Shown piece after piece: positions 29,556 to 38,508 of a stretch of 64,000 bases of DNA. A program made the translations under genes and the position numbers. The DNA is from Planctomycetota bacterium (GTDB taxonomy: Bacteria > Planctomycetota > UBA1135 > UBA2386): NCBI GenBank assembly GCA_965228735.1, contig OZ245838.1:160001-224000 (forward strand), written 5' to 3'. The number at the start of each line of letters is the position of its first letter. Position 1 is the first letter of the stretch. Under the pieces are notes generated by a model. That model had not been told where the DNA came from and did no database searches. It worked only from the letters and a program-made list of their open reading frames with translations.

Positions 29556-31096
29556 CCGACGAAGTCGACGTCCTGCTCGTTCTCGAGGGCACGTATCCGT
29601 TCGTGCTCGGGGGTGTGTCGAGCTGGGTGCACCGCGTCATCGGACAGCTGCCGGAGCTGCGCTTCGGCGTCGTGCACCTCGCGCCCCGCGTCGGCTTCTA
29701 CGGGGAGGAGTCGGCGTACGATCTGCCGGACAACGTCACGTTCGTCCGCGAGATCGGCCTGACGCCGCCACCGCGCAAGGCGGCGCGCATCGGTCGCCGG
29801 CACGCGCCGCTCTTCGCCTCGATGTGGCGCGATCTCGAACGGTTGCGGCATCCCGAGGTCGAACCGACGGCGTTGCTGCGCGCGTTGCGCGAGCGGGCGG
29901 CCCGGCTGCAGGACGCGGGCTTCGGGCCGGCCGAGGTGCTCGCGAGTGCGGCGTGTCGCGACGCGTGTGTGCGCACCTATGAAGCGACGGCGCCGGCCGA
30001 GAGCTTCCTCGACTTCTTCTGGACGTGGCGCTTCGCGTATCAGCCCCTCGTCGAGTTGCTGTTCGTCGACGCACCGTCCGCCGCGCTCGTCCATACCGTT
30101 TCGACGGGCTACGCCGGGTTCTTCGGCGCGCTCGTCGCCGTCTGCGCGGACCGACCGTTGCTCGTGACCGAGCACGGCATCTACACGAAGGAACGGCGCA
30201 TCGAGCTCTATGCAGGCGAGTGGGTGCGGGCGGTGGACGGCCGGGGCTCGGCGGGCGCGGTGCCGCTCGACGACCTGGTGATCGATGGCGTGCGGCCGTT
30301 CTTCGAACGCTTCTGGACCGCGCACTTCGAAGCGCTCAGCCGGTGTTGCTATGCGCCGGCGAAGCGCATCGTGACCCTGTACGGCGACAACCGCGCGCAG
30401 CAGATCGCCGACGGCGCCGAGCCCGAGCGTTGCGAGATCATTCCCAACGGCGTCGACGTTCGCGCCCTGGCCGCTGCGGTCGAGGAGCGCGAGATCGCGG
30501 CCTTCGATCGGCCGTTCACGGTCGCCTTCGTCGGTCGCGTGTGTCCGATCAAGGACGTGCGCACGTTCCTCGCAGCGATGCGCCTCGTGGTCGCCGAGGT
30601 GCCCGACTGCGTCGTGCGCGTGCTCGGCCCGATGGCGGAGGACGCGGCCTACGCCGAGGAGTGCCGAGCGTTCTGCTCGGAGCTCGGGCTCGACGGCGCC
30701 GTGCAGTTCGAAGGGCCCGTCGACGTGCGGCGCGAGTTGCCGGCGGTCGACGTGCTCGTGCTCACGAGCATCTCCGAGGCGCAGCCGCTCGTCGTCCTCG
30801 AGGCCGGCGGTTGTGCCGTGCCGGTCGTCGCGACGGACGTCGGCAGCTGCCGCGAACTGCTCGAGGGGCGGACTCCCGAGGACCGCGCGATCGGGCACGG
30901 CGGTTTCGTCGCCCCGATCGCCGCGCCCGGGGCGATCGCGAGCCACGTGCTCGACCTCTGGGCCGATCCCGACCTGCGGCGGCGCCTCGGCCGCAACCTG
31001 CAGGAGCGGGTGCGGCGGTTCTACGACGAACGCCAGATGATCGCGCGGTACCGCGCGCTGTACGCCGAGCACCTCACCAACGCGGAGGTGGTCTGA
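29552..31096 (+). CDS. pelF: PelF GT4 glycosyltransferase
   Basis: EGTYPFVLGGVSSWVH, STGYAG, TEHGIYTKER, PIKDV, TSISEAQP; GTG 29552 overlaps the pelE stop. Confidence 0.95.
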   Translation: MTDEVDVLLVLEGTYPFVLGGVSSWVHRVIGQLPELRFGVVHLAPRVGFYGEESAYDLPDNVTFVREIGLTPPPRKAARIGRRHAPLFASMWRDLERLRHPEVEPTALLRALRERAARLQDAGFGPAEVLASAACRDACVRTYEATAPAESFLDFFWTWRFAYQPLVELLFVDAPSAALVHTVSTGYAGFFGALVAVCADRPLLVTEHGIYTKERRIELYAGEWVRAVDGRGSAGAVPLDDLVIDGVRPFFERFWTAHFEALSRCCYAPAKRIVTLYGDNRAQQIADGAEPERCEIIPNGVDVRALAAAVEEREIAAFDRPFTVAFVGRVCPIKDVRTFLAAMRLVVAEVPDCVVRVLGPMAEDAAYAEECRAFCSELGLDGAVQFEGPVDVRRELPAVDVLVLTSISEAQPLVVLEAGGCAVPVVATDVGSCRELLEGRTPEDRAIGHGGFVAPIAAPGAIASHVLDLWADPDLRRRLGRNLQERVRRFYDERQMIARYRALYAEHLTNAEVV

Positions 31097-31097
31097 C

Positions 31098-32474
31098 GTG
31101 GCCGGCATCGGCTTCGATCTGCTGCGACTGTGCCGCGAGGACCGCGGGCTGCTCGCCCGCACGCACGCCTACGTCACCGCGGGCATGGTGACGGCTGGGC
31201 CGTGGCTCGTCACGATGGCGAGCCTGTGGCTCGTTCGCCTGCTCGCCGGCGGCCTCGTGCCGGGCATCACGGACGCGACGGTGGACGAGTTCTTCGCCGT
31301 CGTGAGTTGCGTGTTCGCAGCGAGCCTCGTCACGACGGGCGGGCTGCAGATGGCTGCCACGCGCTGGCTCGCGGACCTGCTGCACGGCGGCGCCGACGGG
31401 CTGCTCGTGCCGACGCTGGCGCGCACCTTGGTTCTCGTCGCCGCGGTGCAGGCGCCGACCGCCGTCGCCGCGACCCTGTGGCTGGGTTTCGACGTCACGC
31501 TCGTTCTGCCCGTCACGTTGCTCTACACGGCCGTGAGTCTGTCGTGGATCACGTTCGTCTGGCTCGGACTGATCCGGCAGCACGTCCGCATCGTGATCGT
31601 GTTCGCGCTCGGCGCCCTGCTGTTCGCGGCCGCGCTGCTGCTGTGCGGTCCCGGCCTCGATCTGCAGGGGCTGGTGTGGCTCTACGCGCTCGTGAATGCG
31701 CTCGTCGTCGCGGCCCTCGTCGGCCTGATCCTCGCGGGAACGGAACGGGCCGATGTCACGGGTGCGGCGGCGGTGCCCGATGTCACGGCGTTGTTGCGGC
31801 ACCGTACGCTGTGGACCGTCGGCACCGCGTACGCGGCATCCATCTGGATCGACAAGGCGATCTTCTGGTGGGCCGAGGGCGTGCCGGTGGGAGGGTTGCC
31901 GACGCACCCGCTCTACGACACGTGCTTCTATCTCGCGTACCTGACCGTCGTGCCGGCGATGGCGGCCAACCTCGTGCACTTCGAGACGCGCTTCTACGGC
32001 CACTACCGCGCGTTCTTCGACGGCGTCGAGCGTGGCGCGACGCTCCACGAACTGCGGGCGAGCGCGGGACGGCTGCACGAAGCCGTCACGCTGGGCGCGG
32101 GGCAGCTGTTGCGCGTGCAGGGGCCGGTCACGGTCGTGGCCTTGTGGTTCGCTCCGGAGATCGTCGAGCTCGTGGGCCTGCCGCCGTTCGCGGCGCACAC
32201 CCTGCGGCTCGCGCTCGTCGGCGCGCTCTGTCACGTGCTGCTGCTCGTGGCCGTGTTGACGCTGCTCTACTTCGATCGGCAGCGCAGCGCGCTGCGGGTC
32301 ACGCTCACGTTCCTGCTGCTGAACGGCGCGCTCGCCGGCGTCAGCCTCGCGGTCGGTCCGCTGGTCTACGGTCTCGGCTACGCCGCGGCGGCACTGCTCG
32401 CGCTCGTCGTCGCCGCGTTCGAAGTGGATCGCACGACGCGCCGGCTCGTGGAACTCACGTTCGGCGGCGCCTAG
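31098..32474 (+). CDS. pelG: PelG exopolysaccharide transporter
   Basis: MAGIGF, AGPW, WIDK, YD..FYLAYL, FETRFY, YGLGY motifs; many TM helices. Confidence 0.93.
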   Translation: MAGIGFDLLRLCREDRGLLARTHAYVTAGMVTAGPWLVTMASLWLVRLLAGGLVPGITDATVDEFFAVVSCVFAASLVTTGGLQMAATRWLADLLHGGADGLLVPTLARTLVLVAAVQAPTAVAATLWLGFDVTLVLPVTLLYTAVSLSWITFVWLGLIRQHVRIVIVFALGALLFAAALLLCGPGLDLQGLVWLYALVNALVVAALVGLILAGTERADVTGAAAVPDVTALLRHRTLWTVGTAYAASIWIDKAIFWWAEGVPVGGLPTHPLYDTCFYLAYLTVVPAMAANLVHFETRFYGHYRAFFDGVERGATLHELRASAGRLHEAVTLGAGQLLRVQGPVTVVALWFAPEIVELVGLPPFAAHTLRLALVGALCHVLLLVAVLTLLYFDRQRSALRVTLTFLLLNGALAGVSLAVGPLVYGLGYAAAALLALVVAAFEVDRTTRRLVELTFGGA

Positions 32475-32491
32475 TGGTCTGTCGCGCGGTG

Positions 32492-33373
32492 CTACAGCCG
32501 GTCGGGGTCCTGCCCGCGCAGGACCGAGTTGCCCTCGAACGTCTCGCGCAGGTTGGCGCTCGCCGGCTGCTTCAGCGCCTCGACGTCCATGCGGCCGCTC
32601 TGCGCGAAGAAGCCCGTCGGGTTGCCCCAGACGAGGCGCTCGATGTCAGCGCGCGGCACGCCGGCCTGCTCGAGCTTGACGACGGTTCGGGGCACCATCA
32701 TCGGGTCGCTGACGCCCCAGTCCGCGGCGCTGTTGATGATCATGTGATCGACGCCGTACTCGAGAACGATCGCGACCATCCGGTGCGGATCCATCTTGGT
32801 GTTGGGGTAGATCGAGAACCCCGACCAGCAGCCGAGGTCGCGCGTGATCTTGATGGTCTCCTCGTTGCCATGGTCGAGGAGGATGCGCTCCATCGGGAAG
32901 CCGTTGTCCTTGATGATGTCGATGCAGCGCTCGAAGCCGCGCTTCTTGTCGCGGTGCGGCGTGTGGACGAGAACGGGCAGCTCGTGCTTCTTGGCGATCT
33001 CGAGCTGCGCCAGCATGTACTTCTCCTCCTTCTTCGTCTGGTCGTCGAGCCCGATCTCGCCGACGCCGACGACGGAGTCCTTCTCGCAGTAGCGCGGCAG
33101 GATCGCGAGCACGTCGTCGTTGACGCGGTCGTCGTTCGCCTCGCGCGGGTTGAGCGCCATCGTGCAGAGGTGGTGGATGCCGAACTGCTGCGCGCGGTGC
33201 CGTTCCCAGCCGATCAGCGTCTCGAAGTAGTCGATGAACGCACCGACGTTGGTGCGCGATTGTCCGAGCCAGAACGCGGGCTCGAGCACGGCGCGGACGC
33301 CGGCGAGCGCGAGCTGTTCGTAGTCGTCGGTGACCCGACTGAACATGTGGATGTGGGGTTCGAAGATCAGCAT
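32492..33373 (-). CDS. TatD family hydrolase (EboB type)
   Basis: PHIHMFSRVTDDY, EPAFWLGQ, GEIGLD, VHTPHRDK, SAADWGVSDP. Confidence 0.88.
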   Translation of the reverse strand: MLIFEPHIHMFSRVTDDYEQLALAGVRAVLEPAFWLGQSRTNVGAFIDYFETLIGWERHRAQQFGIHHLCTMALNPREANDDRVNDDVLAILPRYCEKDSVVGVGEIGLDDQTKKEEKYMLAQLEIAKKHELPVLVHTPHRDKKRGFERCIDIIKDNGFPMERILLDHGNEETIKITRDLGCWSGFSIYPNTKMDPHRMVAIVLEYGVDHMIINSAADWGVSDPMMVPRTVVKLEQAGVPRADIERLVWGNPTGFFAQSGRMDVEALKQPASANLRETFEGNSVLRGQDPDRL

Positions 33374-33427
33374 CGTTGGCGGTCGGCGGGGTCTCGGAGG
33401 TGAGCGGGGGGCGTTCGTGCGCGCGGG

Positions 33428-34255
33428 TCAGCTGCCGGCGAGTCGTTGCAGGCGTTCGCGAAGTTCGGGCCGCGGTTCGCGCTCGAGACGTTCGGCGGCG
33501 AACGGCCGCAGATCCTGACGATCGAGCGCGAGCAGACCGTCGATCGCCGCGCCGCGGACGCGGTCGTCACCGTGCTCGAGCCCGCCGATGAGGCGAGCCA
33601 CGGAGCCTGCGGTCGGCGCGCGGCCGATCATGCGCCAGGTGTCGCGCCAGACCGCCCGGCCGGCGGCCTCGCGTTCGGTCGCGAGGTCCTGCAGCATGCG
33701 CGAGAGTTCTTCGTTGGCCTGCTCGAGCACCCCGAGCGCGCGCGCCAGCGGCAGGTCGAGGAACGCGTACTTCAGGATGAGCTTGTTGGCGGTCGCCAGA
33801 TCGAACTCGGGCTGGCCGATGGCGCGCGGGACGAGGTCGCCGTCGCAGACCGCGGCCTCGACGTGCAACACGATGTTGGTTCGTTGGGCCTCGCCGAGGA
33901 ACTCGATCGTGACGTCGTCGATCGGCAGCACGTGGGCGGCGCGCAGCAGCATCGCGCGTTCTTCGAGGTCGCCGTGCGCCATGAGGTCACGGAGCTCGGC
34001 CGCCGTGGCCTCGACGCTCAGGAGCAGCCAGGCCGCGGCCAGATCGCAGCGCCGGAACGCGTCCAGGTCGACGCGACCGGGCCCGAGCTCGACGAGGCCG
34101 CCGCCGACGGTCTCGCGGCCCGCGCGCCGCGGCAGGCCGGGAAAAAAGACGGGCAGCTGGCCGCGATCGGCGGCGATGTCGTCGCGCAGCGCGGTGAGTT
34201 CGGCGGTGAGTGCGGGTCCCAGGCGCTCGGCCAGGGCGGCGAGAGGGCTCGTCAT
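33428..34255 (-). CDS. EboA domain protein
   Basis: RTN...NKLILK.AF.DLPL...ANEELSRML.DLATEREAAGR motif; upstream of the EboB-like tatD; ATG 34255. Confidence 0.75.
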   Translation of the reverse strand: MTSPLAALAERLGPALTAELTALRDDIAADRGQLPVFFPGLPRRAGRETVGGGLVELGPGRVDLDAFRRCDLAAAWLLLSVEATAAELRDLMAHGDLEERAMLLRAAHVLPIDDVTIEFLGEAQRTNIVLHVEAAVCDGDLVPRAIGQPEFDLATANKLILKYAFLDLPLARALGVLEQANEELSRMLQDLATEREAAGRAVWRDTWRMIGRAPTAGSVARLIGGLEHGDDRVRGAAIDGLLALDRQDLRPFAAERLEREPRPELRERLQRLAGS

Positions 34256-34302
34256 GGGGCGAAACACAGTAGCGAGTACAACGGTCCGATGCTCGGATCC
34301 GT

Positions 34303-35715
34303 TCACCCCGTTGGCCCTCCGGCCTGGGCGGTATCGTGTTCCGTGACGGCCCGCCGCAGGCCGAAGCCCAGCAGCAGCGTGGCGCAGACGAACGTCGCCG
34401 AGACCAGGAATGGCGCCGATACGCCGTAGTGGTCGAACGCGTAGCCGCAGAGCAGCGGCATCGCGATGCGGGCGGAGCCGCCGAACGTCTGCTGCAGGCC
34501 CATGTACATCCCGCGATTGTCCTGGTCGACCATGCGGGACAGCAGGGCCGTGACGCACGGGAACGTGAAGGCCGTGCCGAGCGGCAGCAGGCCGACACCG
34601 ATCGCGAGCGTCGGCAGCGAGTCCGCGAGCCCGGCGACGACGAGGCCGATCGTGAGCAGGATGATGCCGATGCGGGAGAGTCGGACCTCGCCAATGCGGT
34701 CGACGAGCGGGCCCAGCGCGAGGACGCGGGTGAACACCGAGATCGCGCCGATCCAGAAGAAGACGTAGCCGATCAGGTCGGCGTCGATGCCGAAGCGCTC
34801 CTTGAGCGACAGCGCGATCTGGGCGGTCGTGCCCGTGAACGCACCGATCGCGATCGCGTAGGTCAGGATGAGCCGGGACGACGGCCGGGTCGGGTGCCGC
34901 ACGACCTCCACGAGGGCGCGGCGCACGGGCACGCGGGTGGTCGACCGACCGCGGCGTTCGTTCGATTCCCGCAGGAACCGCGCGGCGAAGATCATCGTCA
35001 GCACGCAGAGCGTCGCGGCGAACACGCCGGGCGCCGCCTGCCGCACGAGCGCGCGGTCGGCTTCGGCCCAGTAGTCGAGCTCGCTGAGCTTGACCGCATA
35101 GGAACCGAGAACCGGTCCGAGCGCGACGCCGAGGTTGGTCGCCGCCGAGAGCCAGCCGAGCGCCCGGGCGCGCTGCAGCGGTTCGGTCGTGTCCGCGACG
35201 TAGCCCTGGATCACCCCGACCGTGCCGCCGCCAGCACCTTGCACGAGCCGCGCCAGCAGCAACATGAAGAGCGTGTCGGCGAAGCCGACGAGCAGGTACG
35301 AGATCGCGGACATGACGAGCGCGATCAGCAGCGCCGGTCGGCGACCGTAGCGGTCCGAGAAGCGACCCCAGAGCGGCGCGCTCAACAGCTGCGCGAGGGT
35401 GAACGCGGCGACCACGATGCCGGTGAGCTGGCCCACCTCGAGCTGGAAGCCGAGCATCGGCATCCCGTTCGGCGCCAACCGCTCGACGTAGAACGGCACG
35501 AGCGGCACGATCATCAGCAGCCCGACCATGTCGAGGAACGCCGCGGCCATGAGCACGAGCAGGCGGCCCGGAATGCGCGGGATCTGGCGCAGCAGGGTGA
35601 GCAGCAGCAGCACGCCGATGCCGACGACCGTCCACGTCGCGCCGCTCGAACGCAGGGCGTCGGTGATTTCGGTGGCGAGCACTGCGCGCAAGAGAACGCG
35701 GTCGGTCGCCGCCAT
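34303..35715 (-). CDS. MFS transporter (TetA/DHA1-like)
   Basis: WGRFSDRYGRRP motif A, ARLVQGAGGG, about 12 TM helices; start uncertain (35715 or 35736). Confidence 0.9.
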   Translation of the reverse strand: MAATDRVLLRAVLATEITDALRSSGATWTVVGIGVLLLLTLLRQIPRIPGRLLVLMAAAFLDMVGLLMIVPLVPFYVERLAPNGMPMLGFQLEVGQLTGIVVAAFTLAQLLSAPLWGRFSDRYGRRPALLIALVMSAISYLLVGFADTLFMLLLARLVQGAGGGTVGVIQGYVADTTEPLQRARALGWLSAATNLGVALGPVLGSYAVKLSELDYWAEADRALVRQAAPGVFAATLCVLTMIFAARFLRESNERRGRSTTRVPVRRALVEVVRHPTRPSSRLILTYAIAIGAFTGTTAQIALSLKERFGIDADLIGYVFFWIGAISVFTRVLALGPLVDRIGEVRLSRIGIILLTIGLVVAGLADSLPTLAIGVGLLPLGTAFTFPCVTALLSRMVDQDNRGMYMGLQQTFGGSARIAMPLLCGYAFDHYGVSAPFLVSATFVCATLLLGFGLRRAVTEHDTAQAGGPTG

Positions 35716-35922
35716 GCCAGCGGGATTCCGGGCCAATTCGATGGCGTGCGCGGCGCGTCCGGCGCCGAAAAAACGGGTGCTGCCTCGATTCGAAACCGGC
35801 CCGTGACGCCGATGGCAACGCGGTCGCCGCGATCGGCGCCAGGGAGTTCCCGCATGGCCTCAACCGATTGCCCTGGTTGGCCGAAACCACCTCATGGTGG
35901 GTGATCTCGTCGGTCCCGGGCC

Positions 35923-37356
35923 ATGGCGGTCTTCTCGGACTGGGCGGGTGTCGCGCCACTGCGCCGATGCATCGCCCGCGGACTCGGGCCAGGCAGGCTA
36001 CGCGTGAAGGAAGCAGGGCCAGGACAACACGACAGCGCCGAGATTCGGGCGTTGCGGGCGGAGCTCGACCGGACCCGGTCGGCGCTGCGCGATGCCCGTG
36101 ACGAAGCCCGGCGCGCCGAGGTGTTGGCCGCCCAGTACGAACGTGAGCAGAGTCGGCGACTCGGCGAACTCGAACGCCGGATCGACGAACTGCACGCCTC
36201 GCGGCAGGAGTCGCAGGCCGCGGCGGACACGAAGGCGCGTCTGCTCGCGACGATGAGCCACGAGCTCCGGACACCGCTCAACGGCATGGTCGGCAGCGCG
36301 GAACTGCTGCTCGGGTCCGAGCTCGACGGCGAGCAGCGGCAGCTCGTCGAACTGCTGCAGCGCTCGAGCAACGCGCTGCTGTCGATCGTCAACGACCTGC
36401 TCGACTACTCGCGACTCGAAGCCGACCGCATGCCGCTCGAGCGCACGCCGTTCCGGCTCGAGCCGTGCGTCGAGGACGTGATCGAGCTGCAGCGCACGGT
36501 GGCGGACGAGAAGGGGTTGGAGTTGCGCGCGACCTGGCACGCCGGCGTGCCGTCCGTCGTGCTCGGGGACGCGGGCCGGCTGCGTCAGGTGCTGATGAAC
36601 CTCGTCACGAACGCGCTGAAGTTCACGGCGCATGGGCGAGTGGAGATCGAGATCCAGTCCTCGGGCAGCGGCTTGCTCGAGTTCGCCGTGCGGGACACGG
36701 GGATCGGGATCCAACCCACGGATCAGCTCGAGCTGTTCGACGAGTTCCGGCAGGCGACGGCCACGACCGTTCGGGACTACGGCGGCAGCGGCCTCGGACT
36801 CGCGGTGTGCAAACGCCTCGTCGCCCTGATGGGCGGGACGATCGCGGTCGAGAGCACGTTCGGCGAAGGGTCGACGTTCACGTTCACGGCCGAACTGCCG
36901 TCGGCCGAGGGCGCGGCGCCGACGCCGACGTCGAGCCCGAAGACGCGATCGTCGCGGCCGGGCAACCGTGGCCGCGTGCTCATCGTCGACGACAACCGCA
37001 GCAATCGCTACGTCCTCGCTCGGATGCTGGCGCGACTCGGGTTCGAGTGCGACGAGGCGATCGACGGCGTCGACGCGGCCGCCCGCGTGTCCGGCCAGGA
37101 CTACCGGGTCGTGTTCATGGACTGCGACATGCCCGTGATGAACGGGATGGACGCCACGCAGGTGATCCGATCGCTGCCGGAGCCGCGTTGCAGCGTGCCG
37201 ATCGTCGCGCTGACTGCCTACTCGTTGTCAGCCGACAAGGAGCGTTGCGAGGCCGCGGGCATGGACGCCTACCTCGGCAAGCCGGTGGCGCTCGCAGAGC
37301 TCGCCGCGACTCTCGCCGAGCTCGTGCCCGAGCCGGCCGTGAATCCGGCGGACTGA
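35923..37356 (+). CDS. Hybrid histidine kinase (HisKA-HATPase-REC) with only a coiled-coil N-terminus
   Basis: MSHELRTPLNG, NLVTNALKFT, DTGIG, GSGLGL, VDDN, MDCDMP; start uncertain. Confidence 0.92.
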   Translation: MAVFSDWAGVAPLRRCIARGLGPGRLRVKEAGPGQHDSAEIRALRAELDRTRSALRDARDEARRAEVLAAQYEREQSRRLGELERRIDELHASRQESQAAADTKARLLATMSHELRTPLNGMVGSAELLLGSELDGEQRQLVELLQRSSNALLSIVNDLLDYSRLEADRMPLERTPFRLEPCVEDVIELQRTVADEKGLELRATWHAGVPSVVLGDAGRLRQVLMNLVTNALKFTAHGRVEIEIQSSGSGLLEFAVRDTGIGIQPTDQLELFDEFRQATATTVRDYGGSGLGLAVCKRLVALMGGTIAVESTFGEGSTFTFTAELPSAEGAAPTPTSSPKTRSSRPGNRGRVLIVDDNRSNRYVLARMLARLGFECDEAIDGVDAAARVSGQDYRVVFMDCDMPVMNGMDATQVIRSLPEPRCSVPIVALTAYSLSADKERCEAAGMDAYLGKPVALAELAATLAELVPEPAVNPAD

Positions 37357-37360
37357 GCGG

Positions 37361-38458
37361 TCAGTTGGCGATCAGGAAGTGGCAGATGTCGCCGTCCTGC
37401 AGCACGTAGTCCTTGCCCTCGAGTCGCATCTTGCCGGCGTCCTTGATCGCCTTCTCGTTCTGCAGCTCGATGAGATCGCCGAACTGGTAGACCTCGGCGC
37501 GCACGAACTTCTTGACGAAGTCCGTGTGGATCACGCCCGCGCCGATGGGGGCCGTGTCGCCCTGGTGGATGACCCACGCCCGCGTCTCCTTCTCGCCCGC
37601 GGTGAAGAACGTCTGCAGGCCGAGGAGCTCGAACGTGCGCGTGATGATGCGTGACAGCCCGGACTCGGTGAATCCGAAGTCGGCCATGAACGTCGCCGCG
37701 TCCTCGGGCGCCATCGTCGCGAATTCGGCCTCGAGGTCGCCGCAGAGGTGCGCCACCTCGGCGCCCGTCTGCTCCGCGTACTGCCGCAGCGCCGCCACGT
37801 GCTCGCTCTGCCCTTCCTGGTCGTCGTCGCCGACGTTCGCGAGGAAGAGCACCGGTTTGATGGTCATGAGGAAGAGCGGGTAGAGGAGCTTCTGTTCCTG
37901 GGCCGTGAACTCCGCCTGCCGCAGCAGCGTGCCGCCCTCGAGGACGGCGAACGCCTTCTCGAACGCCTCGAGCTGCGCCTTCATCTCCTTGTCGCCGGTC
38001 CGCGCCTTCTTCGCGACGCGCTCGATGTTGCGCTTCAGGGTCTCGCGGTCGGTCTGCGCGAGCTCCATCTCGACGATCTCGGCGTCGGCCGCGGGGTCGA
38101 TGCCGCCGCCCGTGTGCTGCACGCCGTCGTTCTTGAAACAGCGCACGACGTGCAGCAGCGCGTCGCTCTCCTTGATCGCGCCGAGGAAGCCGACGCCCAT
38201 GCCGGCACCCTCGCTCGAACCCGACACGAGCGCCGGGATGTCGGTCACGTGCAGCTGTGCCGGGATGATCTTCTTCGTGGGGATGAACTCCGCGATCTTC
38301 TGCAGCCGGTCGTCGGGCACGTCGACGACGCCGGGCACGGGCGCGGTCGTCGAGAACTGGTTGATGCTCCGCGACTCGGCCGGAGTTCCGGTGATCGCCT
38401 GGAAAACGGTGGTCTTGCCGACGTTGGGGAGACCGACGATGCCTGCGGTGAGCGCCAT
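37361..38458 (-). CDS. ychF: Redox-regulated ATPase YchF (divergent)
   Basis: GIVGLPNVGKTT, HVVRCF, TFFTAGEKETRAW, AGVIHTDF, EGKDYVLQDGD; ATG 38458. Confidence 0.92.
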   Translation of the reverse strand: MALTAGIVGLPNVGKTTVFQAITGTPAESRSINQFSTTAPVPGVVDVPDDRLQKIAEFIPTKKIIPAQLHVTDIPALVSGSSEGAGMGVGFLGAIKESDALLHVVRCFKNDGVQHTGGGIDPAADAEIVEMELAQTDRETLKRNIERVAKKARTGDKEMKAQLEAFEKAFAVLEGGTLLRQAEFTAQEQKLLYPLFLMTIKPVLFLANVGDDDQEGQSEHVAALRQYAEQTGAEVAHLCGDLEAEFATMAPEDAATFMADFGFTESGLSRIITRTFELLGLQTFFTAGEKETRAWVIHQGDTAPIGAGVIHTDFVKKFVRAEVYQFGDLIELQNEKAIKDAGKMRLEGKDYVLQDGDICHFLIAN

Positions 38459-38508
38459 GAGTTTGGGGCGAACTTCATACCGCGCGGGCCGCGATGCGGC
38501 CAGTGCGG

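Noticed and set aside
19849..31162. Long antisense ORFs across the pel locus, and similar ones throughout the window
   Set aside because: Arg/Pro/Ala-rich shadow frames expected in very GC-rich DNA; the opposite strand carries recognisable genes
35740..35920. Possible c-di-GMP riboswitch or other ncRNA in the MFS/kinase intergenic region
   Set aside because: Some hairpin potential, but I could not match a known riboswitch consensus; needs an Rfam/Infernal scan
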